In this document: positions 51,193 to 63,960 of the stretch, piece after piece
Layout of the letters: every line of letters starts with the position of its first letter
Position numbering within the stretch: position 1 is the stretch's first letter
DNA from: Macrostomum lignano
Lineage: Eukaryota
DNA: 64,000 bases
Assembly (NCBI GenBank): GCA_002269645.1
Contig: NIVC01001788.1
Coordinates: forward strand, 38,077-102,076
Reading direction: 5' to 3'
Program-made: the position numbers and the translations under genes
Notes under the pieces: model-generated
The model's database searches: none
The model's input: the letters and a program-made list of their open reading frames with translations, nothing else
Told to the model about the DNA's origin: nothing

Positions 51193-54100
51193 CTGAAGGT
51201 AAATATTTTTGTATGCATATATATAGTTAAAGTCATTGTCACAATCAAAATCCAGTTGGGTAAATTTAATGGTTTTTATGCTTAACATTGGATCTAATCA
51301 AAGATCCAAGCTGTAATTTATGTAGTATTATATTGGGTAGATAATTTGCACAAATATCTATCCTAATTTATATAATTAACAGAATAAAGAGCTTGCAAAA
51401 ACTTTTATTGCCTAGACTTCAGTTTTCTAAGAGATTTCTAATACATCTAAGAGACTTTTAATTCTACCTTAAAGCTGATACCAAAGTTATAATAGCTATT
51501 TGTCTTGTCTTTTAGTCTTTTGATAAATTCTTATGTCCTTTTGCTAACACAAAAATTTTCTACAGTAGGGCTCATGACTAATTCACTAAATACCCTTGAA
51601 GTTGTTACAAGACTAGTCTAAGCATAGATTTTTTAACCTCAATTCTTTAGATTAAATTTTGAGAATAATTATTACATACACTAAGTCTAAATATTAGTCT
51701 GAGAATACGTTTTTGGTGTTTCTAACTTGTTACCTATTAGCATTATTATTTATTGTGACTTCTATCTTATCTCATCTCATCTCTTCCTATAAATATTTTA
51801 GTTATCTAACTATTCAATTTAGATATTGCCAAGATTAGAGAGGGTTATGGCCTTTTTTAACACTATATATATATATAAATATATCTTATTTCATTTTACT
51901 TGGTTTCTCTTGGTAAGTTACTAACAATCTTTGCCCCCCAATGGGGGGGGCATTTGGATAGAATCCTTGTTCTTTACAAATAACAAATAGACAGCAAAAT
52001 AAATCCTATAAATAACTGTACATTCTGTGCATATCTTCAGCTTTATATTTGATTGTGACCTTTGTGGTGGCCTTTGTGCTTTTTGTGATTTTGTGCAATG
52101 CATTATTCTTTTTTTACCATGCAAACTGCATTTTTGTGGCAGTAACTCTGCCATTGTCTGGTCCCAAGCCTGAGAGGGCTGCATTAAGAAAGGAAGAGGA
52201 CTGCATTAAGAAAGGAAGAGGACTGCATTGAATAAACATGCAACTGAATACAGTGGTTGTGGTTTTAAAGACTAAAACAACATGTAGTTTTAGAGATACT
52301 GTGTCAATCATTGCAGCCTCTAAGAATACAAGTCGGAAGGGAAAAAAGTTTCATGCAGGGCATGTATTATTGGCAATTGAGGAAGTGACCAAAAGTTGAC
52401 ATTGTCCCATTGAATAGTTGATGAAATAACCAAGCTTTAAAAGTATCTTATTGGTTGGTTGACAAAACAACCAATATGGGGAACAGGTTGACAATGTGTC
52501 CAGTTAACAAAATGGCAGTTGACGAAATGAATAGGATCTATACCAAATGCCATAACAATGAAATATAGTTCTATAGCACTAAGCTAAGAAGCCAGAGCAA
52601 TATACCTTACCACTAGTTTTTATACTTCATTCCACTGCTTTTTTCTTAGTTGTAGCATATGTTACAAGTAAGAAAGTTTAATTTTAAAAATGTTAAAATG
52701 ATTTACAAAGTATCACAAAATAAAATTTACCACAAAAGTTAAATTGATCACAAAAGTAGATAGTAGCTCCACCCCCTTTTTGTTAATTACAAACTTCAAT
52801 TAAGCATTTTCAACTTCTATTAATTATATATAGTGTCCTAATAGTACAAAATGTGATAGACCTGCAACATTTTTTGTTTTATGTGGCCATTCTGTCAAGT
52901 GGCTGTTCTATATGTGGCTGTTTTGATGGTACCCCTACCAAATTGCTAGGCACCAAAAAGCATAGGCATTGAAAAGTGTAGATACTACTTGCCCCTCCCT
53001 CCCTTTCAAAAATTTTCTAGATCTTTACTTAAGATCTAAGATCTTAACTTAAGATCACTTGAGAAGTTTCTACAAAGGTAGGCCCCCTAAGGAAAAAAAC
53101 AAAGGCAAAAGCAAGTTTAGCTAATTTTTAATTCAAATTTAAATGAGAATTATTTTCATTTGTTATTGTTTCAATAGAACTAAATTTTAGTGTTTTAGGT
53201 AAAACTAAAACTAAAACTTAGGGCCTAAGTAGGTCAAAAGCTCAAAGCTCAAAGATCAAATTAAAAGATGACAATGCTTGATTTGTCAACATTACAAGAT
53301 GGAACATGGTCAAATAAATAGACAAAGTTACCACTTTTATAAAAACAAGTTTTATTTTTTATTTAAATGATTTTATAATTAATTATAATTAATGTTTAAG
53401 TAATAGTAGTAAGAGAAGAGTTAGCTTAAGCAAAATTTTCGAGTCCTGGACACTTCGTCATCTTACCAGTTCGTCATCCAGATGACGAAGTGACCATGGT
53501 TTTTGGACACTTCGTCATCGCAAGATTTCGCAAAGCTGTAAAATTGTTATTCGATTGTTTTTTATACATGTAAATTGTTTCTCAATCAATAGTATGTAAA
53601 ATATAGGATTAAATACACGTTTAGGGATTCAACTTCTCGCTATAATTGGCATCTAAATGCACGCTATATGTGTACAAGTGTTGATTGTAATTTTATTATA
53701 GCTTCGCTTCCACAACCATGTGTGGAGTTGTAACGATGTAGATTTAATTGCGCGTGATATTTCAAAGCGTGAAGAACGAGCATAAACACACTTCGAACGA
53801 ACTTAACGTCTAGCGATTAACGACGATTTAAATAGGGAATTAAAAAAGACAGTAAACGAATAAACAACTGAAAACCGGATTTATTAAACTGCTGATGTAT
53901 CTGTTTTAGTTTGCATAACTGTTATAGCTATTGATGACTTCATATAGTTTAGCTATATTCACTTAGTGAGAAGTTTCAGGGAGACCCCAATTTAAATTAG
54001 GCCCCTATTATTATTCTTTCTTTTCGTAGAACTGGACATCAGGTAAAACGATATTTTAATATAAGTTTTAAAAACAAACCAAAATCTTGCCCAATTAGCT

Positions 54101-54568
54101 TTTTTAAAATACAAAAAGTAATTCTTTATTACTTTCATCGTTATTAATTTAATTTTTTTGTTCCGAAAACTGTGCTGAGTAGATTTAAAATGAGGAAGTA
54201 AATTCTTAATTTTTTTCAAAATTGTTTTAGCCTGACTTTATTTTCCGATGGCATTGTCTTCTAAAATTCAAAAATAATTATTTTGCTGAAATTTACTAAC
54301 ATTATAATTTATCACTGATTCACTCTCGCTTTGATATATTTCCTTTTAATTTCCGTCTGCTTATAGAAAAAAATTAATGGTCAGTATAAATTGTTCACTT
54401 AAGGTCTTAATAAACTGTAAGAGGTTTATCAGAGCTTTTTGATTCAATAAACTATATAGAAGTGATAAAACACTTTTCCTTTTGAGCTACTAATATCAAA
54501 TCGTCTGTTAAACAAATTGTTTCTAATTAGATTGTTTTCTATATCTATACTAGCCATATTTTGATAAT

Positions 54569-55010
54569 GGCAGTTGTTATTGTTACGGTGACCATGACCA
54601 TATAAATAATAAAATGGTTATTTTTATGGTTACTGCAAAAGACACTATCTGGGCCTATGGTCTTTACTTAATGTGACTGTATAAATAGCAAAACTGTTAT
54701 TTTTACCCTCACCATAATAGGTAAGAAAAGCAAAATGGCTATTTTTAATGGTCATCAATCATGTGGAAGAAATTTCAGTTTAATAACAATGTAATAGTTA
54801 ACAATTAGCTAAAGCTAGCTACCATGACAAGAACCACTAGAAGTTACCATTGTATTTATTCATAACACATTTCTTTATTTTTTTAATTCAACCATCTTAA
54901 TATTTGGATAGCAAGTTTGTCACTTCATTTATATGTATTTGTTTTTAAGTGTTGACTGTAAAAATAACTGTCTTTCTATTTAAATGGTCACCGTAACAAT
55001 AACAGCTGCC
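54569..55010. mobile_element. 442-bp Mutator-type MITE
   Basis: ~29-bp TIRs GGCAG(T/C)TGTTATTGTTACGGTGACCAT; perfect 9-bp TSD TTTGATAAT at 54560-54568 and 55011-55019. A 9-bp TSD is typical of MULEs. Confidence 0.88.
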
Positions 55011-55212
55011 TTTGATAATAATTTAAAAATAATAAGAATATACTTATACTTATAATACATTCATTTCCTAGAATCTATTATAAAGGGGTATTTAAATCCA
55101 ACAGCTAGTAAGGTCTTGTACTCAAATAATGATAAAACTTTCTAGATATCTAAGTTTGTATTTGTGGTGTAAATACTTTTAGGGCATACTTAGCCTGTGA
55201 TTTTAGTTAGTC

Positions 55213-55746
55213 CATAGTCTGGATCATGCTGGCTGCACACCTAAGCAAAAATTAAATAATTACAATTTAAATTATTAATTACAGCTATCAAGGATAAATG
55301 CCAAAAAATTCTAAGTGCATGTCTACACTCTCAAATCTAGGCCAGTGTTGCAACAATAAATCATAAATGACCTATTTACATTGTGACCAAAAATGATTTT
55401 TTTGCATTGCGTAATAGACCCTTTTTAATTGATAATTTGGTTGATTATTTATCATTCTTGCCTTTATTACTTTAGGGGAAATATATATGCACAACAATTT
55501 GTTTAAATGCTTTATTACAAATACAAGGTTAAAAATTGGAAAATATGAAATTTACAATTAAAAATGAACTTTTCAATCTTTTTTCCACTTTATACTAACT
55601 CTTTCACATGATACTACAAAGTGTATGCTTAGTATGCTTGCATATTATTTTCTTAGGAGTAATGCACCAACTATATAGGCCTAACTTTTGGCATGCAATT
55701 CCAATGCACACCCAAATTTTTGGCATATACTATATGATCTGGAGTC
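55213..55746. mobile_element. MITE-like interspersed repeat, copy B (inverted relative to 6663-7171)
   Basis: Reverse complement aligns to 6663-6800 (gatcat.tagtatatgcc.aaaaatttggg.gtgcatt) and to 7145-7171. Confidence 0.72.
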
Positions 55747-55749
55747 ATC

Positions 55750-56850
55750 AGGTCTCTAATCATTAAGGTCTTTGATCCTATAGGTCTAATCCTTTAAGGG
55801 CATGATCCTTCAGGTCTAATCCTTCAGGTCTCTAATTGTTCAGGTCTCTGACTCTTCAGGTCTAATCCTTCAGGTCTCTGATCCTTAAGGTCTAATAACT
55901 CAGGTGCATGATCCTTCAGGTGCATGATCCTTTAGGTCTAATCCTTTAGGTCTCTCAGTCCCTGATCCTACAGGCCTCTGATCTTTCAGGTGCATGATCC
56001 TTTAGGTCTAATCCTTTAGGTCTCTCAGTCCCTGATCCTACAGGCCTCTGATCTTTCAGGTCTGATCCTTCAGGTCCAATACTTCACGTTTATTCTTTCA
56101 GGTCCCTGATCCTTCAGGTTTCTGATCTTTCAGCTCCTTTATACTTCAGGTCCCTGATCCTTCAGGTCCCTGATCCTTCAGGTCCCTGATCCTTCAGGTC
56201 CCTGATCCTTCAGGTCCCTGATCCTTCAGGTCCCTGATCCTTCAGGTCCCTGATCCTTCAGGTCCCTGATCCTTCGGTCCCTGATCCTTCAGGTCCCTGA
56301 TCCTTCAGGTCCCTGATCCTTCAGGTCCCTGATCCTTCAGGTCCCTGATCCTTCAGGTCCCTGATCCTTCAGGTCCCTGATCCTTCAGGTCCCTGATCCT
56401 TCAGGTCCCTGATCCTTCAGGTCCCTGATCCTTCAGTCCCTGATCCTTCAGGTCCCTGATCCTTCAGGTCCCTGATCCTTCAGGTCCCTGATCCTTCAGG
56501 TCCCTGATCCTTCAGGTCCCTGATCCTTCAGGTCCCTGATCCTTCAGGTCCCTGATCCTTCAGGTCCCTGATCCTTCAGGTCCCTGATCCTTCAGGTCCC
56601 TGATCCTTCAGGTCCCTGATCCTTCAGGTCCCTGATCCTTCAGGTCCCTGATCCTTCAGGTCCCTGATCCTTCAGGTCCCTGATCCTTCAGGTCCCTGAT
56701 CCTTCAGGTCCCTGATCCTTCAGGTCCCTGATCCTTTAGGTCTCTTATTCTTCAGGTCTCTGATCCTTCAGGTCTATAATCCTTTAGGTCTATTCACTCA
56801 GGTGCATGATCCTTCAGGTCTTTGATCCTTCAGGTGCATGATCCTTTAGG
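55750..56850. repeat. 16-bp minisatellite (ccttcaggtccctgat) with a homogeneous core and degenerate flanks
   Basis: Near-perfect units at 56150-56730. Confidence 0.96.
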
Positions 56851-56969
56851 GCAGAGTGTGGTGATTAGTATAACGCTTTTAATTCCCTTGTTTATAATAT
56901 TGTGACTTCTTTTAGTTAACCAAGTTGACAATCAAATAGATTTTATAAACATGTCTGTCCATACATGCA

Positions 56970-57119
56970 CAACCTTGGGAATTACTCGGCCGTTTCTATT
57001 GGCAACACACACATGTAAGTCGCTATTGGCTGAGAGCAGTTACATGACTACTATTTCGTCCAATAGCGATAATGATGTGTGTGTTGCCAATAGAAACGGC
57101 CGGGTGACTCCCTAGGTTG
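56970..57119. mobile_element. 150-bp foldback or MITE-like inverted repeat
   Basis: ~46-bp arms (caaccttgggaattactcggccgtttctattggcaacacacacat and its reverse complement) plus inner arms tcgctattgg/ccaatagcga; no clear TSD. Confidence 0.75.
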
Positions 57120-57432
57120 CGACCAAGCATGTGTCTGTCAAATATTATTTATAAAATGAATAATATGTTTTAATTATAAACAATATATTATAATTAAACT
57201 AGACTAGACTACGTATACTAGACCTTTCTATTTCATAGAAATAACATAGAAAAGAAATTACATTGAAATTTAAAACAATTTATGTTGCTTAAAATATGGC
57301 TTTTATTTAGTAATACATCCAATCCGACTCAAGCTTCTTTTAGACAGGCTGCCCTTTTGTATTTGCATAAGTTATAATGTTTATAATGTATAATGTTGAC
57401 TCCTTACACTGCATACTCCAGAGCTCCAGCTA

Positions 57433-58245
57433 ATGCACAGCTATCAAGGATATGACCAGCAGCCAGTCCAGTATGGCCAGCTGCCGCGCGATCTGCCATT
57501 CCGCTGCAGCCTAGTCAGCTCAGTGGTTGGCTCCATACTCTACCTTGTCGCCTTTGTCACGCCCTATTGGATTGAGTCCGATCCAGCTATGAAAAGTACA
57601 TTCACTAGGCTAGGCCTGTGGGTGTCGTGCTTCAATAACTATATTCACCCAGAGGACTACGTGTCCAAGGCCTATTCTGGCTGCTGGTATATCTACTATC
57701 CTGAGTACTATTACATTCGATCCTGGTTGAATCCGCCATGGTTCTACGCTGTGCAAATGATGGGCATTGTGGCCCTTATCTGCATGCTGCTGGCCACTCT
57801 GATCATCAGCCGGCTGGCCTGTCGCCGATTCATCAACAAGCAGGTACTGCGAGAGCCCGCCGACTGGAAACTGCTGCGCGTCTGCGCCATCTGCCAGTCG
57901 CTCGCCACCTTCTGCGTGCTGCTTCAGCTAATCTTGGTCGGAGTGAAAAGCCTGGATAGAGAATGGATGCCCAAGCCGGACCACAATAGGCTGGGCTTCT
58001 CCTATGGCCTCGCCTGCGTGGCCAACTTTGCCAGCCTGTTCACCGTGGCATTCATTGTGATTCGCTACCTGGACCAGGACGAGCTGGACTACCTGCTGGC
58101 CGACCAGGAGGACAAGGGACTGTCCGGTCTGCCTGGCCCGTCCACTGTGGCCAAGGGACCGGGCAGTTATTATGATCCGACTAGCGGAGACTACAAGGCC
58201 AGCACGGCTCGGTCTGGTGGCCCGTTTGGCGACAGCACCGTGTAA
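57433..58245 (+). CDS. Invertebrate claudin (PMP22/claudin superfamily, septate-junction type; 270 aa, intronless)
   Basis: Four hydrophobic segments, W..GLWVSC..C in loop 1, EYYYIRSWLNPPWFYAVQ similar to Drosophila Megatrachea/Sinuous-type claudins, and C-terminal DSTV class I PDZ-binding motif. Confidence 0.88.
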   Translation: MHSYQGYDQQPVQYGQLPRDLPFRCSLVSSVVGSILYLVAFVTPYWIESDPAMKSTFTRLGLWVSCFNNYIHPEDYVSKAYSGCWYIYYPEYYYIRSWLNPPWFYAVQMMGIVALICMLLATLIISRLACRRFINKQVLREPADWKLLRVCAICQSLATFCVLLQLILVGVKSLDREWMPKPDHNRLGFSYGLACVANFASLFTVAFIVIRYLDQDELDYLLADQEDKGLSGLPGPSTVAKGPGSYYDPTSGDYKASTARSGGPFGDSTV

Positions 58246-58384
58246 GACACAGGCATAGGGTGTGCGTTTTCGAGTAGCTGATTTACTATTAGTAAGTTTT
58301 ATTATATACTGTGGCTTCTTGTGTTGCCACAGCGCGTGTCTTAACTATTTGAAATATCAATAACTCTATAATTAGTGGGATTCT

Positions 58385-58625
58385 TAGAATTGTTAGCCTA
58401 GTGGTTAGAGCGTCGGACTCACTACTTGAAGGTCGGGGGTTCGATTCTCGATTCCACTGGAACAATTTGTGTCCTTGAGCAAGACACTTAACTCTGAATT
58501 GCTTCAGTTCTCCCAGCTGTAAAATGGGTGCCAGAATTAGCTGGGGTAATTGAGGCTGTGTGTGGCGACCCCCCAGTCCTTGGACTGAACAGCCGTACGC
58601 AGCCTTCAGATGCGCCGCGCATGGA
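58385..58625 (+). mobile_element. tRNA-derived CORE-type SINE
   Basis: A-box tagcctagtggttagagc and B-box ggttcgattc, then tgtgtccttgagcaagacacttaactc..cttcagttctcccagctgtaaaatggg, which closely matches the MIR/CORE consensus. Confidence 0.8.
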
Positions 58626-58978
58626 TTTACATGTGCATAGCTGTACATGTGTATGGATGTACATGTGCATAGATGTACATGTACATAGATGTACATGTGT
58701 ATGAATGTACATATGCATAGATGTACATGTGTATGGATGTACATGTGCATAGATGTGCATGTGCATAGCTGTACATGTGTATGGATGTACATGTGTATGG
58801 ATGTACATGTGCATAGATGTGCATGTGTATAGATGTACATGTGCATAGATGTGCCTTGTATGCATGTACATGTGCATAGATGTGCATGTGCATGGATGTA
58901 CATGTGCATAGATGTGCATGTGTATGGATGTACATGTGCATAGATGTGCATGTGTATGGATGTACATGTGTATGTAAA
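58626..58978. repeat. (atgtac/atgtgc)n simple repeat at the SINE 3' end
   Basis: Directly visible; source of the spurious His/Met-rich ORFs. Confidence 0.93.
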
Positions 58979-59149
58979 TCATATGCCAACATGAAATAGT
59001 CAAACGATAATAAATCTTATACTTAAATGGGCCACTTGGGCATATTATATTAGCTTTTTATAAGTGTTTCTCTCTACTTTAGCTTTCAGTTCAGTAGTAT
59101 GGTAAGTTATAATGCGTAAGCTATTTTATGAAAAGAGAAAGCCAGTTGG

Positions 59150-59412
59150 AGTGACTTGCAGACCTTAATAAACAGCTTGCTATTGGCGGCGCAAGCCGTC
59201 ATAATGTACATCAGCCAGTGCCACTGAGAATGTACATGGCAGGTTAGAAAACACAGCGAGGAACGCAATAAAAATTTTCAGTGGGACGGGAGTAGAGATT
59301 CAAGCTATGGGGGTCAGAGAGCCAATAAATGAGACTTTTACCCTAAAAATACATTTAAAATGCTTCTTAATTTAGCCTGCTACTGAACTGTAAGTAGCTT
59401 ACACGCAAATGT
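59150..59412 (+). repeat. ~260-bp interspersed repeat, copy B
   Basis: Aligns to 15200-15458 in the same orientation. Confidence 0.85.
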
Positions 59413-60335
59413 GGTTTTATTTTGTCAATAATTGTGTAACACGGGTACTATTGATAATTAATAATCGGGTTGTCGTCGAGGGGAATTTAAATTAAGTTCG
59501 TGTGTACTTATTGCAATAGTAAAAGTGCAATTTTGCTTTGCATATCTGATTTTTGCTGTGCAATACACCTTACATAATATATATTTGGACTTTTACAGTT
59601 AATTTTATTTGCTAAAAAAGTACAATTTTGCGCACAGTTTTACCTTTAATAAATATTCTAATCATTTTTTCATGGCACACTATATAAATTATTAATATTT
59701 ATTAATTCAACAAATTAGTCTGTAAATAAAGTAATTATTCTAATGAATAGTTCTGTCATTTCGTAGTGTTTATTTAATACATTCCAAACACGATGTTTCT
59801 TTATCGAAGTCATGTCGCACAAAATAATTCCAATTTGTTTTACTCTGTGCGTTTGTATTTTATTTTTTTTTAAATCAACTTTTAATAGTAAGATTCTAAC
59901 TGTATTACTGTTAAATAGTAGTCAGTCTGGCTGTTTTATATTTGCTACGCGCTGCTGGTTTTTTGTCAAATTTATAATTTATTAATATAACAGTAAACCA
60001 TAAATAAATATGGGACGCTACAGAACTGGCGCATTGTTATAAATCAACTTGAAGGGGATTCTAAAGTCTCCAGAAACCAATAAGGAGTTTTCATTTCTTT
60101 TAAACTTTCAAGTCACCCAGTGGAGGGATTGGCTGGCCACTCATCACGGCCAATCCCTAATTGATGCAGCTGGGGGAGGAGGCTGGCTGCCAGCTGGGGG
60201 GTGTCCTGATAAAGGCTGCTGAACATTTTTCTGAGGGATCAACGGAGCGCTTAATTGTCAGGTATTTAGGCTCCAGTCTCCTGCTGCTGCTGCTGGTGCC
60301 TGGGTGCTGGCCGGGTCAGCTTTTCGGACAGCGAG

Positions 60336-60473
60336 ATGCAGTGTCCGAGACTGTCCGCAATGGTCTGTTTGTCTCTGCTGCTCATGATCAGCCTGCGGTT
60401 TCACAGTCTGGCAGCTTTCAGGTGCTCAGGTGAGTGTCATATCCATCTATCTATGTGTCTATCTATCTATCTG

Positions 60474-60516
<43 letters not shown>

Positions 60517-60535
60517 GTCTGTCTATCTATCTATC

Positions 60536-60596
<61 letters not shown>

Positions 60597-60705
60597 GTCT
60601 GTATATCTATTTATCTATCTATCTGTATATCTATTTATCTATCTATCTGTCTATCTATTTATCTATCTATCTGTCTATCTATATCTGTCTATCAATCTGT
60701 CTATC

Positions 60706-60736
<31 letters not shown>

Positions 60737-60860
60737 CTGTCTATCTATTTATCTATCTATCTGTCTATCTATTTATCTATCTGTCTATCTATCTGTCTAT
60801 CTATTTATCTATCTATCTGTCTATCTATCTATCTATCTGTATATCTATCTGTCTATCTAT

Positions 60861-60906
<46 letters not shown>

Positions 60907-62968
60907 GTCTATCTATCTGTCTATCTATTTATCTATCTATCTATCTATCTATCTATCTGTCTATCCATCAATTTAGATATTTTGATCAATCTACATTCGC
61001 TAATATCTCACAGAAGTGCTAGAATACAGTGCACTTTTATACAGTAGCAATGGATTTGAAGATCTTAATATACTTTCGCAGCATTCGCAGAACAGACCTG
61101 TTCATGCCAAAATCGGAAAGCAGGGTGTCTAGTAATTGAAAGAAAATCTTTTTGAAAATCTGCATCAAACAGCTTCCTTGTAGTTAGGCAATTAGGCCTC
61201 TTTAAACTTATCATGCTTGGTATGCTTGTACTTTTACATCTATTGCTTTTATTCTTGAAAAACGCGTCTAATAGAAGTTTAAGTTTGTGCGCGTCTGTCC
61301 AGTTAAAAATCTACACTAATTTAGGCGAAATGCGCGTTCAGGAGTTGGGGAGGGGCGAGTCGCCAATCCCCAGTAATAGGGATCCTCACTGAATGTGCAT
61401 AAGGTGCCAAATACCAGAGGGTGTGCGAGAGGCCAGCATTGATCCCTCGCCTAAGCTGTCAATATTACTATTGCTATAAGCATGCGCAGCGAGCTACCCC
61501 TACCCCCTCTCGATCTCGCTTTTTCGACGATAGAAAGGCAGGGCAGAGGTTCTCGATGCCCCAGCTGCAGCAGAGAAAATCCAGTGCATAAAAGAGCGTA
61601 TTGCCTCTCCTGCAGAGCCACTTTACCATTTCCTCCGGTTCTTGGCTGCGTATCGATCTGCTCTGGCAAAGAAGCTCTGCTCCTAGTAGCTAGGAGCTAA
61701 GAGTTATAAAGCATAATGATGAGACTGGGCTGTCAAAGTCAGCTCGAGAGCGGACCAGGCATGGGAGATGAAAAACTGAGTTCCCGTATCGCTAAAATTA
61801 AAGCTATAGCTGGGGCGAAAATAACCCCCCCTCTAGGGCCATGCAGCCCCTTAGGCGCACTAGGACTATTAATCCATCGAGGGAATGATGTTAAGACGGG
61901 AGATTTTCGACTGCCAGGCTTAAGTTTTTACGAGCGTTATTCAGTTCGTTTTGCACGCAGCTATACAAAAAACACTCGAAGATTTACAATCTGCACATGA
62001 ACACAATACGAATGAATGCTCAATACAATGATTGATGGGTTGGCTCATCGATTTTTCTGAGTATAGCTTCATGAAGTTGGCGACAGAGTCAGCAGGTGAG
62101 ACACAGGGACACTGAAAACAGAGAAAGGCTCATAGCTGAGTACTTATATAACAAGCAGGCGCTCGCTAACCCAGTTATTACAAAAACTATAGCTGACAGC
62201 ACCTTCTATTTGCTAAATGAATGCCTGTTCCACCTGGTTGAACTTCTGCCCACCTTCCCTTATTCCCTTAGGGAATAAGCCTTAGGGAGCTGGTACTCCG
62301 CTCTGCTGCTCCCTTAGACTGCCAATCTAATCAAAACCAGTAGGTTTTCTCCTGAGCCAGGGGGTTGGCAAACTCTCGATCCGGACCTCGGGTCCTTCAA
62401 AAAACTTCACAATGCCGATCCGGCCTGCTCAATGTCTGTGTTGCTTCTCAGCTCACTTCTCTCCCCTCTTATCTCCTCCCCCTCATCTCTAGTCTCTCCC
62501 CTCATCTCCTCTTCCATCTCATTTCCTCTCCCTCTCAGCTCCCCTCTCATCTCCTCTCCATTCTCATCTCCTCTCCCCTCTCATCTCTTATCTCTCCCCT
62601 CTCGTCTTTTCTCCTTCCTCATCTCTTCTCCTATTTCATCTCCTCTCATCCACCTTTTCATCTCCTCACCCCTCTGATGTCTCTAACTCTCTTATCCCCT
62701 TCTTCCCTCTCTCTCCTCGCTGCTTTAGAAACATGAGCACTTGCGGCGCTAAAATGACTGCTTATTCCCTCAACACCTTCAGCTGCCAGATCTGACACCG
62801 TGCTCAGCAATGCCAGTCGATTTGGAGAGCTCAAGTCACCGAATTTCGGTCAGCCCGGCGGCTACCCCGGGGGGTCTGCTTTGTCTACAACCTGCTGGCC
62901 GGCCCCAACCAGCTGGTGCTGCTGCGGCTGCTGCACTTCTCCATTGGCTCCCGGCCTGGAAACAAAGG
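60336..62968 (+). CDS. Secreted CUB-domain protein, first two exons (60336-60429 and 62783-62968); gene continues beyond the window; apparent 1-nt deletion in the G run at 62869-62874
   Basis: Exon 1 encodes a signal-peptide-like [23 protein letters not shown], and phase-1 donor and acceptor match. Exon 2 reads [12 protein letters not shown] then, shifted, [25 protein letters not shown], aligning without gaps to the CUB consensus. Confidence 0.68.
60440..60970. repeat. (TCTA)n microsatellite, ~130 units, intronic
   Basis: Directly visible. Confidence 0.97.
62370..62700 (-). repeat. Second copy of the LINE-RT-remnant/CT-tract junction seen at 33190-33365
   Basis: Shared atccggacctcgggt..gaaa..ccggcc.gctca..cttctcagctc followed by a CT-rich tract. 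Confidence 0.6.
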
Positions 62969-63104
62969 GTGAGCAGACTGCGCGTGCTCACTCACCCGTC
63001 TGCCTGGCTCCCTTCACCCTAATCTCCCACACTCCCTCACTCTCGCCCCATTTTCCCTCTACCACTATTTCTCTCTATCCCCATCCCTCTACCCCACCTG
63101 CCTC

Positions 63105-63960
63105 TACCCATCCACTCTAACTCCATCTCCCTCTGCCGCATTTCCCTCTGGCCCACCTCCCTCCGCCCCACCTTCCTCTACCCCACCTCCCTCTGCCCCA
63201 TCTCCCTCTGCCCACCTTCCTCTACCCCACCTCCCTCTACCCACATCTCGAACCTCACTTTCCTCTACCCCACCTTCCTCTACCCCACCTCCCTCTACCC
63301 ACCTCCCTCTGCCCCATCTCCCTCTGCCCACCTTCCTCTACCCCACCTCCCTCTACCCACATCCTCGAACCTCACTTTCCTCTACCCCACCTTCCTCTAC
63401 CCCACCTCCCTCTGCCCCATCTCCCTCTGCCCACCTTCCTCTACCCCACCTCCCTCTACCCACATCCTCGAACCTCACTTTCCTCTACCCCACCTTCCTC
63501 TACCCACTTCCCTCTGCCCCACCTTCCTCTACCCCACCTCCCTCTACCCACATCCTCGAACCTCATTTTCCTCTACCCCACCTTCCTCTACCCCACCTCC
63601 CTCTACCCACATCCTCGAACCTCACTTTCCTCTACCCCACCTTCCTCTACCCACTTCCCTCTGCCCCACCTTCCTCTACCCCACCTCCCTCTACCCACAT
63701 CCTCGAACCTCATTTTCCTCTACCCCACCTTCCTCTACCCCACCTCCCTCTACCCACATCGTCGAACCTCACTTTCCTCTACCCACCTTCCTCTACCCCA
63801 CTTCCCTCTACCCCACTTCCCTCTGCCCCACCTTCCTCTACCCCACCTCCCTCTACCCCACTTCCCTCTGCCCCACCTTCCTCTACCCCACCTCCCTCTA
63901 CCCCACTTCCCTCTGCCCCACCTTCCTCAACCCCATCTCTCCAGCTCTACCCCACCTCCC
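63105..63960. repeat. C-rich 14-15-bp repeat (cccaccttcctctac) with higher-order units
   Basis: Directly visible; intronic to the CUB gene. Confidence 0.93.

Noticed and set aside
52380-53530. Fragments with gacgaagtgacc-like motifs and a Harbinger-like end near 53040-53090
   Set aside because: No paired TIRs or TSDs could be defined, so no element can be supported.
58385-58455. tRNA gene
   Set aside because: A and B boxes are present but there is no complete cloverleaf, and it continues into a SINE core.
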